DNA from: Eledone cirrhosa
Taxonomy: Eukaryota
Length of the DNA stretch: 64,000 nucleotides
Assembly (NCBI GenBank): GCA_964016885.1
Contig: OZ024742.1
Coordinates: forward strand, 52,824,001-52,888,000
Direction of reading: 5' to 3'
The notes below the pieces were generated by a model that ran no database searches, had not been told where the DNA came from, and saw only the letters and a list, made by a program, of their open reading frames with translations. This document shows, piece after piece, positions 63,052 to 64,000 of this stretch. A program made the position numbers and the translations under genes. Each line of letters begins with the position of its first letter. The stretch's first letter is position 1.

Positions 63052-63235
63052 TGTTTCTACTTTAGGCACAAGGCCAGCAATCACCCAGTGTATTACTGGT
63101 ACTTTATTTTATCGACCCCGTAAGGATGAAAGGCAAAGTCAACCTCGGCGGGATTTGAACTCAGATAGTAAAGGGACGTAACTATGCTGGAAAGCATGGT
63201 GTCTGACCCTCTACCGATACTGCCAATCCACAACT
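63052..63235 (-). mobile_element. Full-length tRNA-derived SINE
   Basis: Minus strand has A-box TGGCAGTATCGGTAG, B-box GAGTTCAAATCCC and core TTTGCCTTTCATCCTTACGGGGTCGATAAAATAAAGTACCAG. Confidence 0.85.
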
Positions 63236-63599
63236 TCATATAAACGTAAATTCATTGTTTTGATTAATATATACACTCTACCTGTGCATCGAGTGCTGAA
63301 TTTGGTACCAACACCACTAATTCACTGAATCACATACACTATATATATAGTTAGATAGATGCAAAATGCTTATCTCCATTTTAAGCTTCTGTTTTCTTCC
63401 TGACATACAGTGACTTTCTGTGTCTCTTTTTAAATCTCACGATTTCTACCTAGAGCAGACTAAACACATTTTAATGTTTTATGTGTCAGTTTCTCAGACT
63501 ATTATATGTCATTCTTCTCTGTGTTCTTTCTGATAAGGTAGCTATTGAAATGAGACAGTTGTCTGTCTCCGTTTATTAATTTATATCGCTAAAACTCAC

Positions 63600-63846
63600 C
63601 TTCAGCTGGCAATAATCCAATTTGTGAATTGTCTGCCATGATATAATTATCTAGATTTAATGTTGCTGGTTGCAGCTGCAGCGACTCTTGTCGGTGTTGC
63701 CATTGTTGTTTTTGGTGGTGGAAGTATTATCGCTGTGTCATTGTTGTTTTTGGTAGTGATAGTGTTGTTGTTATTGTTTGCAGTGTTAATTGTGGTAGTG
63801 ATATATTGTTGTTGTTTATCCCCAAGTCAACATTCATATAGTTGAC
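63600..63846 (-). pseudogene. Candidate Thr/Pro-rich exon with a strong donor site and one in-frame stop
   Basis: Acceptor ATAATAG|G and consensus donor GAAG|GTGAGT (63599-63594). Reads VNYMNVDLG...TITTTLSLPKTTMTQR*...MADNSQIGLLPAE. Confidence 0.35.
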
Positions 63847-64000
63847 CTATTATCAAATGAGGTTTAACTAATACAATCTCGTCTTTTTTTTTTTCAGGCA
63901 CATTATATTTATAACATCATTGCCCTATTTATCGCTTTTAGTTTTTTAAGACAGTATGGTATGTGTAATATTGGTGAGATTTCACTGATATTTCTAGAGA

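Noticed and set aside
63052-63235. tRNA gene
   Set aside because: The A and B boxes belong to a multi-copy SINE head; no full cloverleaf.

Overview
Eukaryotic, AT-rich, microsatellite-dense DNA. The SINE, RTE, Tx1 and R4 repeat content suggests a mollusc, probably Octopus (inference). Positions 1-22.3 kb are a (GGTGTT)n-based array. On the minus strand it reads as one stop-free, frameshift-free frame of 7,452 codons (22358 down to 3, running off the window) encoding alternating Thr-Pro with Ser/Thr substitutions, i.e. a giant mucin-like PTS exon with nested higher-order duplications. The plus-strand Val/Gly and Val/Leu ORFs in the track are its shadows. Phase-compatible candidate upstream exons (63846-63600 and a SEA-like 60117-59871) and the start of the giant exon each contain in-frame stops, so the host gene may be decaying or spliced differently. 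The remaining ~41 kb holds a degenerate Tx1/L1 LINE inside (GATA)n, an R4/Dong RLE-LINE inside (TACA)n, an RTE LINE with three C-terminal C2H2 fingers and short RTE derivatives, and many tRNA-SINEs. It also holds several fold-back repeats and at least three hammerhead-ribozyme motifs, the best lying in a 538-bp head-to-tail (retrozyme/Penelope-like) repeat. All calls were made by eye, without searches.
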